Assembly: GCF_009914755.1 (NCBI RefSeq)
Contig: NC_060926.1
Origin: the human T2T-CHM13v2.0 reference genome, Homo sapiens
Strand: one strand, 5' to 3'
DNA: 64,000 bases
The notes beneath the pieces were generated by a model. It saw only the letters and a program-made list of their open reading frames with translations, was not told the DNA's origin and ran no database searches. Shown in pieces: positions 26,301 through 41,270 of the stretch (positions are counted from its first letter, which is position 1; the number at the start of each line of letters is the position of its first letter). Both the position numbers and the translations under genes were made by a program.

Positions 26301-29300
26301 ATATTTTCATTGTGGTAATTATGAAGGAAAAGAGATGAGAAAATCTGTAGAAAACCTATTTAATTAAATAATAGTTGAAAATTGTCCAAATCTTGATAGA
26401 GATATAAACAGTCAGATTCAGGAAGCTTGCAGATCTCAAAATATATTCAACTCAAAAAAGTTCCTTTCTGAAGCACATTCTAGTTAAATTGTCAAAAGTC
26501 AAAGACAGAATGCTACAAACTGAAAGACGACAGTGTAAAGTCATATATAAGGGTATCCCCATTACATTAACAGCAGACTTCTCAGCTAAAACCTTACAGA
26601 CCAGGAAATAATGTAAAGGTTTTTACATTATTTCAAAGAAATGAAAGATAAAAAAATTGCCAGCCAAAAAATTATGCCAAGAAAAGCTAACCTTTAGTAA
26701 TTAAGGAGAAATCAAATATTTCCCAGACAAGTGAAAATGAGGGAATTCATTATCACCAGACCAACCTTACAAGAAATGCTCAAGTGAGTCCTACATCTAG
26801 AAGCAAAAGGATAATCTACATGAAAACACTCAAAAGTATAAAGTGGTAAAGCAGATGCACAAGATGCACAAAAGAGAAAGAGAAAGAAACCAAACCTTAT
26901 CACAACAACATCAACAAAAAAACCACAATGATAAATAATAAGAGGTGGATAAAGGAACAAACTACACAAAACAATAAAACAATTTAAAAAACAACAGGAG
27001 TATATCCTATTAATAATAACCTCGAATGAAAATGATTAAATTCCTCAATTAAAACATATAGACTGGCTGAAAGAATAATAAAACAAGACCCAGCAGTATG
27101 CTACTTAAAAAGGAATTTCTTTGACCTATAAAGACAAACATAGACTGAAAGTGAAGGGAGAAAGAAGATATTCCACGCAAACAAAACCCAAAAGTGAGCA
27201 TAAGTAACTATATCTGCATCAGACAAAAGTAACTTTTAGTCAAAAAGTGTGAAAAGAGACAAAGAAGGTCATTATGTAATGGCAAAGAGGATGGAATAAT
27301 TGTAAATAATTATATATACACCCAACATTAGAGCACACAATATAAACCAAATGTTATTAATTTTGAAGAAAGGAAGATAGGCTCCAATAATAGAAACTTC
27401 AACACTCCACTTTCAGTATTGAACAGAGGATCTAGATAGACATTCAATAAGGAAACATTGGATTTAAATAACACTTTAAACCAAATGGACCTAACAGACA
27501 TTTATAGAACATTTTATGCAACAGCTACAGAATAAACATTCTTTTCATGAGCACATGGGACATTCTCCAGGATAGACCATATTTTAGGCCACAAAACAAA
27601 TTTCATCAAATTTTTTAAAAATGGAAGTCATACCAAGTATATTTTTTAACAATGGGACAAAACTAGAAATCAATTAAAAGAGAAACTCTTGAAAGCACAC
27701 TGAAATTAAACAACATGCTCCTGAATGACCATTGGGTTAATAAAAAAATTAAGAAGGACATTTAAAAACTTCTTCAAACAAACGAAAATAGAAACAGAAC
27801 ATGTCAACACCTATGGGATACAGCAAAGGCATTGTTAATAGGCAAGGCTATAAAAATAAATGTCTTCATCATCAAGTAGAAAGATTTCAAATTAACAGCC
27901 TAATAATGCACCCTAAGGAACTTAAAAGCAAGAGTAAACAAAACTCAACATTAGTAGAAGGATAGAAATACTATAGATTGGAGCAGAAATAAATGAAATT
28001 GAAAATAAAAAATAAAATCAATAAATCATAAAATGAAAAGTCATTTTACAAAAAGGTAAACAAAATTGACAAACCATTATCTAGGGTAACCAGGAAAAAA
28101 AAACAAAAGACCCCAAAAATCATAATCAAAAAGGAGACATTACAACTGTTACCACAGAAATACAAAAGATTAGTAGAATCTATTATGGACAACTACATAC
28201 TGACAAATTGGAAAACCTAACAGAAAGGGATACATTTATAAACACATAAAACCTACCAACACTGAACCAAGAAGAAAAAGAAAATGTAAACATAGCATTT
28301 AGGAAAAACAAGATTGTATCATTCATAAATGGTCTCCCATCAGAGAAAGGCCCAGGACTGGATGGTTTCACAGTTGAATTCTACCAAACATTTGAAGAAC
28401 TAATATAATTTTTTTCAAACTTTTCCAGAAAATTAAAAAAGAAGGAATTCCTCAAATCTCATTTTATAATCTCAGCATACCTTGATATCAAAACCAAATA
28501 AGGACACCACAAAAAAGAAAGTATAGACCCATATCCATGATGAATATCAGTACAAAAATTCTCAACAAAATACTAGCAAACTGGATCTAGCAGCACACTG
28601 AAAAGATCATTCACCACGATCAAGTTGAGTTTATTATAGAGATTCAAGGATGGTTCAGTGTATGCAAATCAATAAATGTGATACATTATGTTACAGAATA
28701 AGAAACAGAAACCATATAATCATCTTAATAGACACAGAAAAAGCATGTGACAAAATTCAAAATCCCTTCATTATAAAAGCTCTCAACAAATTAAGTAAAT
28801 AAGTAATGCATAAAGGCCATATATGACAAGCACAAAGCTAACATCATACTTAATGAAGCAAAGCTGAAAGCTTTTTCTTTAAGAACTGGAACAAGATAAG
28901 AATGCACTCCCACTCTCATCACTATCACTCAACATAATACTGGATGTCTCAGTCTGAGCAATTAGGTAACAGAAAGAAATAAAAGGCATCAAAATTGGAA
29001 ACGGGAATGTCAGAGTGTCCCTGTGCATAGACAACATGATCTTCCATATAGGAAACCCTAAAAGCTCCACCAAAAAACTCTTATAACTGATAAATAATTT
29101 AGTAATCTTGAAGAATAAAATGATTAAAATACAAAAAATGGTAACATTTCTATACACCAACAACAAGCTAACTGAAAAAGAAATCATGAAAGCAATTCCA
29201 TTTACAATAGTTTTAAGGAAATACAATGCCTAGGAATAAATTTAACCAAAGAAGTGAAATATTTTAACAAGGAAAACTATAAAACACTGATAAAAGAAAT

Positions 29301-31088
29301 TGAAGAGGACACCAAGGTGGAAAGACATCCCATGTCTATGGTTTAGATGAATCAATACTGTGAAAATGACACTACCAAAAGTGATTTATAAATTCAATGC
29401 AATCCCTATCAAAATACCAATGACATTTTTTACAGAAATAGAAAGAACCCTAAAACTTATATGAAATCACAAAATTTCCCAAATAACCAAAGCAATCCTG
29501 AGAAAAGTAAAAAAACAAAGATAAAGACATCACAAAACCTAACTTCAAAATATAGTTGTAAAAATCCAAAACAGCATGCTGCTGGCATAACAATGGACAA
29601 TTAGACCAATGCAACAACAGATAACTTAAAAATAAAGTTATGTTTTTACAGCCAACTCATTTTTGACAAAGACTTGAAGAATATTGATTGGGGATAGTCC
29701 CCTCAATAAGTGGTGTTGGGAAAACTAGATATCCATATGCAGATGAATGAAACTAGAACCTTGTATCTCATCATATAAAAAAATTCAAAATGGATTAAAG
29801 ACTTAAATGTAAAACTTGAAGCTATAAAACTACTAAAAGAAAACATAAAGGAAATGCTTTAAGATATTATAGGTCTTGAAAAATATTTTATGAAAAAGAC
29901 CTCACAAACAGAGACAACATAAGCAAAAATAGACAATTGGGATTATATGAATCTAAAAAGCTTCTGCACAGCAAAGAAAACAATTAATAGAGTGAAGAGA
30001 CAATCTACAGAGAAGAAAATATTTGTAAACTATTTATTTGGTAAGTGATTAATATCCACAATACATAAGGAACCTAAAAAGCTCAACAGAAAAAAAAATC
30101 ATTCAATTAAAAAAAGTGGGCAAATAAGCTGAATAGACATCTCTCAAAAGACGACATGCAAATAAATGGCCAACAGGTATCTGAAAAAACGGTCAACATC
30201 ACTAATCATGAGGGAAATGCAAATCAAAACCAAAATAAGATATCATCTCACCCCAGTTAGGAAGGCTATTATCAAAAAGACAAAAAATAACAAATGTGTG
30301 GAAAGGGGGACTCATATACTGTTGGTGGGAACATAAAACAGCCATTATGAAAAAAATATTGAAGGGTCTCAAAAAATAAAAAATAGAGTTACTATATGAA
30401 CCAGCAATCCTGCAACTGAGCTTATATCCATGGGAAAGAAAATTAGTATGTCAAAAAGATATCTGCATTCCCATGTGTTATTACAGCACTATTCACAATA
30501 GCCGAAATACAGAATCAACCTAACTGTTCATCAGCAGGGCAATAGATAAAGAAAATGTGGTACGTATACACAATGAGATACTATTCAGCCATAAAATAAA
30601 ATAAAATAAAATAAAATAAAATAAAATAAAATAAAACACTATCATTCATGGCAACATGGAAGTTTGTAGGACATTATTTTAAGTGAAATAAACCAGGCAC
30701 AGAAAGATAAATATCACATGTTTTCACTCATGTGTAGAAGCTAAAAACATCGATCCCATAGTAGAGAATGGAATAGTGGTTACTAGAGGGTGGCAGAAGT
30801 AGAAAAAGGAGATGTCGGTTAACAAATGCAAAATTACAACTAGATAAGAGAGAAATAAGTTCTAGTGTTCTATAGCACTGTAGGGTGACTATAGTTAACA
30901 ACAATTTATTGAATATTTCCAAATAGTTAAAAGAGTGAATTTTCAATGTTCCCAACACAAAGAAAATGCAAATGGTGATGGTTAACATAATTTCATCATT
31001 ACATACTGTATACATGTATCAAAAAATCACACTGTATACCATAAATATGTACAATTATTAGCTGTCAATTAAAATATTAATAAAATCC
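23382..31088 (+). mobile_element. Near full-length decayed LINE-1 (L1MA4-like 3' end, L1M2-type 5'UTR), antisense to LRP1B
   Basis: GC-richer 5'UTR ~23382-25840, ORF1 remnant ~25840-26830 (..KLPEEKFKIIILR), disrupted ORF2 ~27000-30650, L1MA-type 3'UTR ending aatatgtacaattatt...caattaaaa. Candidate diverged TSD aagtggcaa / aagtagtaa. Confidence 0.92.
30591..30635. repeat. (ATAAA)9 pentanucleotide repeat inside the L1
   Basis: Seen directly in the sequence. Confidence 0.95.
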
Positions 31089-33436
31089 AAAAAGTAGTAA
31101 ATTAAGAAAATTTAGGGTAAAAATGAAGGATCAGAAATAAAGGATCAGATTTAGTGTCTTCATTATAACTAAAAGAATTACTTGTCAGTGTTTATGACTC
31201 CCAACAGACTATGCAGTATTTTAGAAATCAAACGATTTAAAGATTTTCAAATTTCTTCAAAAACAAGAATAACTAATCACCCCAAATTTGTAAATGGAAG
31301 GAAATTATCTTTGAGTGATATTTTCTTAAATATTTAAGTAAAAATGATAGAATGCACTGAGTTTTTATTCTGTTCCAACTTGACCATTTGGGATTTGATG
31401 ACAGTCATTCTATGGAAAACAAAGGTAGAGAATAAGAGGACAGTTCTCCTATGCTGAAAAAAGTTATCTTTAAGAAAACAAAATTGACAGAATCTACATG
31501 AAACCATGAAATCAACTATTTCCAAGTCAGTGTGTTTTCCTAAGGCCCTCTTAATATCTGGTTTCTGCTATTGAAGTAGTCATTCAGTTCACTAGTTCCA
31601 CTCCTGTGATTTTTCAAGAGCCATTACAACCTGGAGGATGTTGGCCCGGCAAGTCTCACACTTTGAACTATTTCACTCAAGGACAGATTAGAGTAAAAAT
31701 AATTAATTAAGCTGTACATTTTAAATAGCTGTACTACTAATGCTTCTTATGGCCTATAAATAAGATCTTTTACAATAGAAAAAAAGAAAGATTTGAGGAT
31801 AACGGGAATGTTTCCATTTTTGAAATTAATTTAAAATTTAATGTTTTACTTTCTCTATATGTTATATGCATTTATCTATATTTCAAACTCTGACAGTTTG
31901 CATTTACTTTCCTGTAATTGGTTTAATTAAAAATTGGAAAAATCAAGAACATTCAAGTATTCCATGAAATGTTGTGCTCTGCTGTAATTTAATATTGTCC
32001 ACATCATTTATTTTAAAATTTTAGTAACATTTCCCATGCATTTAAAACTATTTATTAAAAATTATAGTAAAGATAAATGCTTGAAGAAACAACATTATAT
32101 ATAGTATGTATCTTCAAATTGTTCTTGTATTTTGGTTTGTGATTTAAACTTCAGTTGAGTATTTCCATGAGGTAGCAACAGCACTTTGACCGTTCTACAC
32201 AATGTGCCATAAATGGCATGAACATCTGCACAAAGTTCTATTTCTCCATTTGCTCAGGGAAAAAAATATCCATAACTTAGTGATTGGAGGGTGTCAGTGA
32301 ATTATGAATACATTCTGTGTAAATGAAGGCAATATAATCAGCTCTCTTGTACTAGACAGGTATTATAGTTTTCCACAAGGATTCATTTTAGTTAATTTAA
32401 GTTGAATCATTAAGCATTACAATTTGGCAGCTGCCAGGAAGATGACAAAAAATAAGCAGCTATAATTGTTCAAGGACATGTTCTGAACTAATCAGTATAT
32501 AAATCACTTCCTGGCATTCCTTTAGTCATGTCAGATAATAAAACCTTCTCCCTTTAACTGAATTTTGATAACTAACCAGTGACTTCAGTATCACTCAAAT
32601 GTTAAAACCAATATTAAATCATACTGAAAAAAGTAATTAACCAATATTTCTCAATGAATTCATTTTTAGGTGTTAAGTGTAATATGTGATAAAAAAGAAA
32701 TATTCAGCATTCATAGCAAATAATTTGGTGCTAGCTTGCCCTTGCACATAAATAAAATAGAAGCTTCTTTAAATACTTACAGTAAATTATTATATTGTTA
32801 CACTCTCCAACTTAATCTTCAGCTCCTCACCTTAGCCCTGATACCTAGCTATGGATGGACAAATCATATACATTTCGCCCTGGGGATGCTTTATAACTGA
32901 ACATTACTGTGATCCTGCGATGAACTCAAAAGAGTCCTGAACTAAGTGTATAGATATGAGGAGTTGAGTATGTGCAGAGGGGGTTAGGGGTGAGAGAGGA
33001 ACTAGCTCAACAACTATGATCAAATTACAACTCTATGAAATGGGAAAAGTTATCTGCATAATCTCTAAGTGCCCATCTATTTCCAACAGCTATATTATTT
33101 AAACTAAATGCTAACTCTCCCTATTGGCAGAAATAAGGTCTAATAATGTCCTCCTAATTTTGCAGACATGAGTAATCCATATAGACATAATTAACTAAAT
33201 TAATTAATGTGTGCTCATATCATGGTGTATTATTATTCATGTAAGGTATGTTTTCCAATAGAGTTAATGGCATTTTTGTTAACCATGCCATGGCTTATGT
33301 TCAAAATCATCTTACTTTTAGTTCTACATATTTCATAATTGGTTACTTTCAATATTCTCTGTGAATTTTAATAAGAATGGAAGAAAAGCAGCTAAGGAAT
33401 AGGGTTTTAGCTCAGGAAAAATTCTAAAAAGAATCA

Positions 33437-33763
<327 letters not shown>

Positions 33764-34997
33764 TCAGCCAAGCAGGAAGCAGTCATTCAAAAAAGTATCA
33801 CAACAACAATGCTTGATCTTGGTACTCTTGATCTTTTGAAATGCAGTCCACATGCTAAACCAACAGGACATGTAAAGTTTTGATAAGCTCCACACTTCAG
33901 GTGCTGAAGACGATCCATGGAAATGCTTCCATCATATTATAATAAAGAATTTAAAAGCCACTACCCATGTTTGTGGTCATTCAAGCATTCGTGATACTAG
34001 CTATATCTCAGAAGCTTGGGGCACAATTTCTAACTCTAGACTTTGCTCCACAAAACAATTTCTCAGTGATTTTTGCAGACTCTCAAATGTGTTGACTCTC
34101 AAACTTTTCCTTCCTACTTCCTTTGGGAAAGCTTTTACTTGCTTTGTAAGACGTAAGTCAGAGAAAGAACAAAAGGAGAACAATTGTTGGTAAAGCAAGC
34201 CAACTTAAAAATGTTATCAGAAAAAGGAAGTGTTTTATTTCAGAACGTAGTTACTCAGACTTGGTTGTGTATGGATTCGCCAAAATTAACCATGCCACCG
34301 GAAGATACAAGACCATCGGAATCCAATTATTTTTGAGGTCAGATATCCAGAACACTTTTATTCACCATATATAATCTAAGATCAGCTTCAAAGATCATCT
34401 GTTATTCACTATACAAACCCTTGCCACTTCCTGCCCCCAAATTCTCCCAACACTCATCACACCATTATCAATTATTGTGTAGTTCAATTGTTTCTGGCTT
34501 TTTTCATTATAATATCATTACCATAAAAGTAGTCTACACCTGCGGGGACTAACTAGTTTTTATCCCAGTCGACTTTTGGCCTGAGCTTCATTCTGATGGT
34601 TGCTATTTTATACTCACCTCATTCTATACTTCCAAAAGTAAACACATTGAAGTCTCTCTCCTTTCTTACAGGCTTCCATTAATGTTTGTTTGCTTTTTCT
34701 AGTCTAGATGTTCTCCTGAGTTTTTAAATTTAGAGTATTTTGTTTCTTTTAATTAAACTGATTCCTTTTTTTCAATGTAAGAGTTTTGTGTTTTGAATTC
34801 TATCCCAGTGCAGTTAGTAGTGAGTGGACAAAAGATGTTGCATACAAATAAAAACATTACCACACAAATTCAGTCCATGTTCCATCGCACTCACTCTGTT
34901 ACCAATAAAGATTTGCCACTGGAAGATAGAGAGGTCTACTGGGAGATCAACTTTGAAAGTTAAGCCAAGTACAACACTGCAAGAAATAGGATACCTT

Positions 34998-35517
<520 letters not shown>

Positions 35518-36239
35518 GCACTACAGATTTTAGAATTTGCTAAAACCATATTTGCTTGATTTATTGAATTCCTTATTTTTTAAATTTTGATCAAAATCAG
35601 TTTTTTGCCTTCAAATTTTAGTCATATATAGTGGCAGGAAAAATAAGGATACAGTTGAATCTAATTATATTGCTTAAAAAATCTTAATGGAAAAGCAATT
35701 CTGATTTAACTGTTATTTAAAGATGAGTTTTTAACCTTCCTCTCTAATCTCTTTCAAAATAAATGATGTTCAATAGTTTAATCATTAAAAATTCCATCAA
35801 TATAAAAGAATGATTAAACTTCATAATAAAAATATAAAGTCACATCAGCTTAAATGTTCATGATGCATATTTCTAACTTCTGATGTGTTCTTTGAAAATT
35901 ACCAATGAGCATAATAATTTTGATCAAGAAAAAACTGGACAAGTTTAAACAACCCAATTTTATAGAGAAAAGCACCATTTGACAAATCCTAATTATGTGA
36001 TTTTGACTTTTCTTTTTTCCAAGGCAGCCTGGTCTATCAAAGCTAAAACACTTACAGTTTTTTTTTCACTTTCGTTCTCATCTACAATGACACAACTTTT
36101 TAGGTGGGGGCGGACGACTTTAACCCCTTTTAATGAAGTTAACATATTGGTGATTTTCCATTAACGTAGTACCATGCAAGGTAGAATGTGAGAATGACAA
36201 AGGAAATGAGTATTGAATAAGAAAATAAATTCTTTTACT

Positions 36240-36720
36240 GCTCTCCTTTTACTTCTCCTCCAGCCACCCTGGCCTCCTTCTACTCAGCAGTTACGATCCC
36301 TGCTCAAGGCCTTTGCATTTGCAGTGCACTCTGCCTAGAATGCCATTCCCCAAAATACCCAACTGGCAGCCTAACTCCCTCACTTTCTTCAAACCTCAGT
36401 CATCCTCTTGCTGAAGACTTTTCCAACCACTTTCAAAAATGAGTTAATGTGTGCAGCACACCAACATGGCACATGTATACATATGTAACAAACCTGCACG
36501 TAGTGCACATGTACCCCTAAAACTTAAAGTATAATAAAAAAAAATAAAATAAATAAAAAAAATCAATCCCTTTCTCCCTGAGATGATTTTTTCTAAGTAC
36601 TTATTACTACCTAACTAGCATTTATTTACTTAATTAATCTTGTTTAATGTCTGTTCTCTCACTAAAATATAATATACCCTAAGGGCAAGGATTTTTGTCA
36701 TTTTGTTTACTCATATTTTT
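36240..36720 (+). mobile_element. L2 fragment interrupted by an L1PA tip
   Basis: ctccagccaccctggcctcc...ggcctttgcatttgc...ctctgcctagaatgcc and agggcaaggatttttgtc motifs. Confidence 0.7.
36440..36562 (+). mobile_element. Very short young L1PA 3' tip with A-tail
   Basis: gcagcacaccaacatggcacatgtatacatatgtaacaaacctgcacg...aaaacttaaagtataataaaaa. Confidence 0.93.
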
Positions 36721-37350
36721 CAGAGAGAAAGGAGGTAAATTTCCCTTCTCTCAGCAAAATACAGAAGTAAACAGAAGGAGGAAGTCTATCTCCCTTCTCT
36801 CAGCAAGGGAGACAAGGGGAACGAGGAGACGGAACAGGGGAACAAGGAGACAAAGAAAGAAAAAAAGAGGAAAGGGAGCAAAGGAGAAGGGGAGAAATCT
36901 TAAACTCCTTGAACTAAGTAAGAAAATTGCATAATATGACACTTCGGGAGAACAAAATTTCCTTGGATTTCTCAGTGCTCCTGCCAAAGCCCTAGCCTCA
37001 TGAGACACAGGAATATATATTGAAGAAAGATAGAGAACATTTGCTTTCACCTTCCCCAGAAATACTGTACTCCTCACATATTATCATGTCATAAAAATTA
37101 GATCAGTAGCTTTTTTTTTAGCTAATTTCTCTGATCTGAAAGGATAATACAACTTGTCTCCCCCATCAGGACCAAATGATAGCTGGATTAGGTCCCTAAC
37201 TTAAGGCCAAAGTACCAGAAGACATGACCACTATCTCAAATGTCAAAAGGGATGAATCCTCAATTTGGACACATCTCCACACCCTGAAAGCTGGAGACAC
37301 CTGGGCTTTATCTTGCCCTTGGAGAGACATCTTTACATTTTAAAAGGTTA

Positions 37351-37666
<316 letters not shown>

Positions 37667-40039
37667 TTAGGGTAAAAACCATTTTCAGAAGAATAAAGTT
37701 TTCATTTCTGCTTTCCTTCTCTCCTTTTGGAAGAAGGAAATAGGATGGCTGACCGTATCCTATATATGCAAATGGAGAAAATCCATTGTTCTCTATTTCT
37801 GTCCATGTGAACTAACCCACCACCCACTTGGAAAGATTCCATCAGCTCTCATGGCATTGCTGGTGGTCTAGATGTGGGAAACTAATGGTCTCATTGTTAC
37901 TGTGGCTGCTGATCTGGTGGTATCAATAAAGAGCTATATTTGTTGACCAAGTGTCTTGTGTTTCTGCAATATTAATAAATATAGAATATGTAACTCAGCA
38001 AATTGAGTAATATCTTAGACCAGTCACAGTTCATAACAAAAAAGATGCAAGGTCTGGAAATATTAAATATTGGGGAGGGTCAAAAGAATTCTTATGATCA
38101 AATACTATCATGCATTCCACACAGCTCCCCAGGTAGATACAAAGAACTAGGAGAACAGATGACCACACAAATCATTAAAAGGCCCTGTGTTGCCAATTGC
38201 AGAAATGCTCTCAGGAGACGTGATGAAGCATCATTTTAACCACGAAATAAAAAGCGATCATTTACACCTCAGTATAAATCTTAAGTTTGAAAAAATGATT
38301 GGACTCATGACAGAACAACTGTTTTCCTTTTGAAAGTAGGGGTGTAACAGCCTATTAAATAATTACTTTGATTTTAAATGTCTGTAATTCCAATTTCCAT
38401 GATAGCTCATAATAGCTCAGAGAAAGAATGAGGAAATGCGGATGAAGTCTGTCATTATGTATTTATACAGTCAAAAAAATGAAAAAGAAAAACTACAGAC
38501 TGAATTATCAAAACCTAATTCATATGAGTTAATGGCTTTTTATCTTTTTTAAACAGTCCTTTGGGAGGAACTAGAAGCAGAGAAGAGCACTGGGACTTCT
38601 CAACTGAAAAGCTATTACTTCAACAGTCTATGGGGAGGGCTGCTCCAGAAATATCCTCCTGGATGTGTCAATTTGTTTTCTTTCTTACTTTCCAAACTAA
38701 GCACTTGAAAATGAGGAGAGAGAAATAAAATATTGTGAAGCCCAGCTGTCTATGGTACACATGTTTATGTCAGTCAGCACGCTTATGATCTATTGCAGCA
38801 ATAAATCAAAAGAACTGCACTAGTTGTGTAATTTGTTATGGCAGTATATCAGCAGGGTGAGTCCTCCAGGAGCATGAGTTACAGACATGAACCTTGCATC
38901 ATTGCTTTTATTTACTTTCTCTATTTAAGTTTGATATAAGAAGACAGAGTGGGAGGACCTGAAGTCAGAATTGAAAGGTTCTTTTGCATAATTGTCAAAA
39001 TGACTTTAGACACTTTAACGAAGGTAACATTATTCAAAGTTTTCGCCTTTGATTTACTATTTCTGTTCAACTAAATTAAAAAGCACAATAAGCCTTAAAT
39101 AGTATGGTGGTGATGATGATCAAGGTCCTCATTTAACTATTTCTTTTCCAACTCTGTAGCACACCTCTTCAGATACGCTTTTTGTCCTTCTCAGCACATT
39201 TTGCTTGCACACACTATTGCTTCCCGGGATCGCATACCTAATAGAGAAGCACAACATAAGCTCTTGCCTCAGGCTTTGTTATTTTTTTTTTGTTTATGCT
39301 TTTACAAATCTAATCTGAACTGAGATAAATGTCTTCACGTTTTTTGTCCTTATCTAAATACAATTTCTACTATCATTTGCTTTGAATTGTTCTTTAAATT
39401 GACTCTTTACCATAAATGGAAGTCTAGTATCAGAATAGACTGCAACTCCAAAAAATTCTACAATGAAACTGAAACTATCAAATTATAGCTAAATAGTATT
39501 GCCAACCAAATGTTAGCCTGAATTATCTTTCTCTCCCTCCCTCTCTCCTGTTCTCTTTTTCTCTCCCCCTCTTCTCTCTGTATTTTTCTCTCTCTTTCAT
39601 TAAGTATCACAGGGATATTAAATACCTATTAGCAGTAAACTTAAATTTTCTTTCTGGGTCAATCAGAGGATTGAAAGAGCATTAACTAAAGAATGATTTT
39701 TCATACTACATCATTCACTTTAAATTGATATTGTTTCCGTGTATCCCCTAATATCGGTAATATGAGTCCCATGTCTTGGAGAAAATGCAAGGCACTGTGA
39801 AAGGCCAAAATTATGAAGATTCTCATGCGAATTATCTCAGATATTCTGAATCAGGTGAGAGAACATGGTCGTGACACACATATATCTATACCTGGTTTAG
39901 GTCTGCCAAAACCATAATTAAAAAAAAATTCTCATTTACCGCGTATTTGATTGTACCTTGGGTAAATTCTCTGTTATGCCTATAGTAGACTACAATAATT
40001 ATTCTCAATTTTCACTATGCAAATTGTGAAGCTTTGAAA

Positions 40040-40160
40040 AATGAGACCCATGCCTCATACAGGAATTCTGATTTAATTGTTCTCAGATTGGGGTTAGGCA
40101 TCACTATCACGTAAAAGCCCCCTAAGGGATGCTAATGTACATTCTGTGGTAAGAAACTCT
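40040..40160. mobile_element. MER5-like hAT relic
   Basis: aattctgatttaattgttct...gatgctaatgtacat...taagaaact. Confidence 0.5.
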
Positions 40161-40227
40161 TCTACCTCTTCTGATATGTCATTGACAAATGTGCTCTTAT
40201 TTCTGCCCAAAGCAGGGTTATAATTGG

Positions 40228-40612
40228 TGCTACGGTTCGAATGTCTTCCAAAATTTATGTGTTGAAACTTAATTGCCAATATGATAGTATTAAGAGGTGG
40301 GACTTTTAGGAGCTGATAAAACCGTGAGGGAAGAGATCTCATTAGCCCGTCCTTATACAAGAGCCTAAGTGTGTGGGTTTGATCTCTTCCGCTCTGCTGC
40401 CATGCGAGGAAACCATGTTCATTCCTTCTGTCATGCGAGGATGCAACAATAAAGCACCGTCTATGAGAGGCAGGCCTTCACCAGACACCAGGCCTGCTGG
40501 TGCCTTGATCTTTCACTTCTCAGCCTCCAGAACTGTGGGAAATAAATTTCTATTATTTATAAATTACCCCATCTCTGGTAGTTGGTTATAGAAGCATAAA
40601 CGGACTAAGATA
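40228..40612 (+). mobile_element. MST (MSTC/MSTD-like) MaLR solo LTR
   Basis: tgctacggttcgaatgtc start; cagcctccagaactgtgggaaataaatttc...aacggactaagata end. Confidence 0.85.
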
Positions 40613-40960
40613 CTGCAGCATTTATTTTTCATTCAGTTAACAAGCCCTTTAATTTTCCAACCATTCAGCAGGCCCAAATGCAAATGGACTGGCCAGTTGA
40701 TTAGGTTCAGCTTTTACATGTTGGGGTGATTTGACCTTCTTTCCCCATTTGTGCTCAGTCCCAGCTCTGGATCCTACAAATAAATACTAGGGTACTTTAC
40801 CCTTCAATGAGCAGAATTATCATGTTAGCAGAATAAACTACAGATTGTACACATTTGCAGTAGCTACATCAGTGGTCATAGGATTCTGTTGGCATCTTCA
40901 TGGAAATATTAGCATGAGAGCATGAGTCTACTGAAAGTTTCTATTGACAGTTTCTCCTTT

Positions 40961-41270
40961 TTTTTCTTTTTTTTTTTTTTTTTTTTTTGAGACAGCATCT
41001 CTCTCTGTTGCCCAGGCTGGAGTGAAGTAATGTGATCTCAGCTCACTCAACTTCTGCCTTCCAGGTTCAAGCAATTCTCGTGCCTCGGCCACCCAAATAG
41101 CTGGGATTACAGGCGAGCACCACCACATCCAGCTAACTTTTTATATTTTTAGTATAGATGGGGTTTCACCACGCTGGCCAGGCTTGTCTTGAACGCTTGG
41201 CTTCAAGTGATCCACTTGCCTTGACCTCCCAAACTGCTGGTATTACAGGCGTGAGCCACTGTGCCCAGCC
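40961..41270 (-). mobile_element. Alu element (old S/J)
   Basis: Reverse Alu with long T tract; TSD agtttctccttt on both sides. Confidence 0.95.

Noticed and set aside
25668-30650. Functional L1 ORF1/ORF2
   Set aside because: Many stops and frameshifts; only short ORF fragments remain.
31125-31150. Short tandem duplications (also near 10980-11008 and 43699-43722)
   Set aside because: Ordinary 11-16 bp slippage duplications expected in AT-rich introns.
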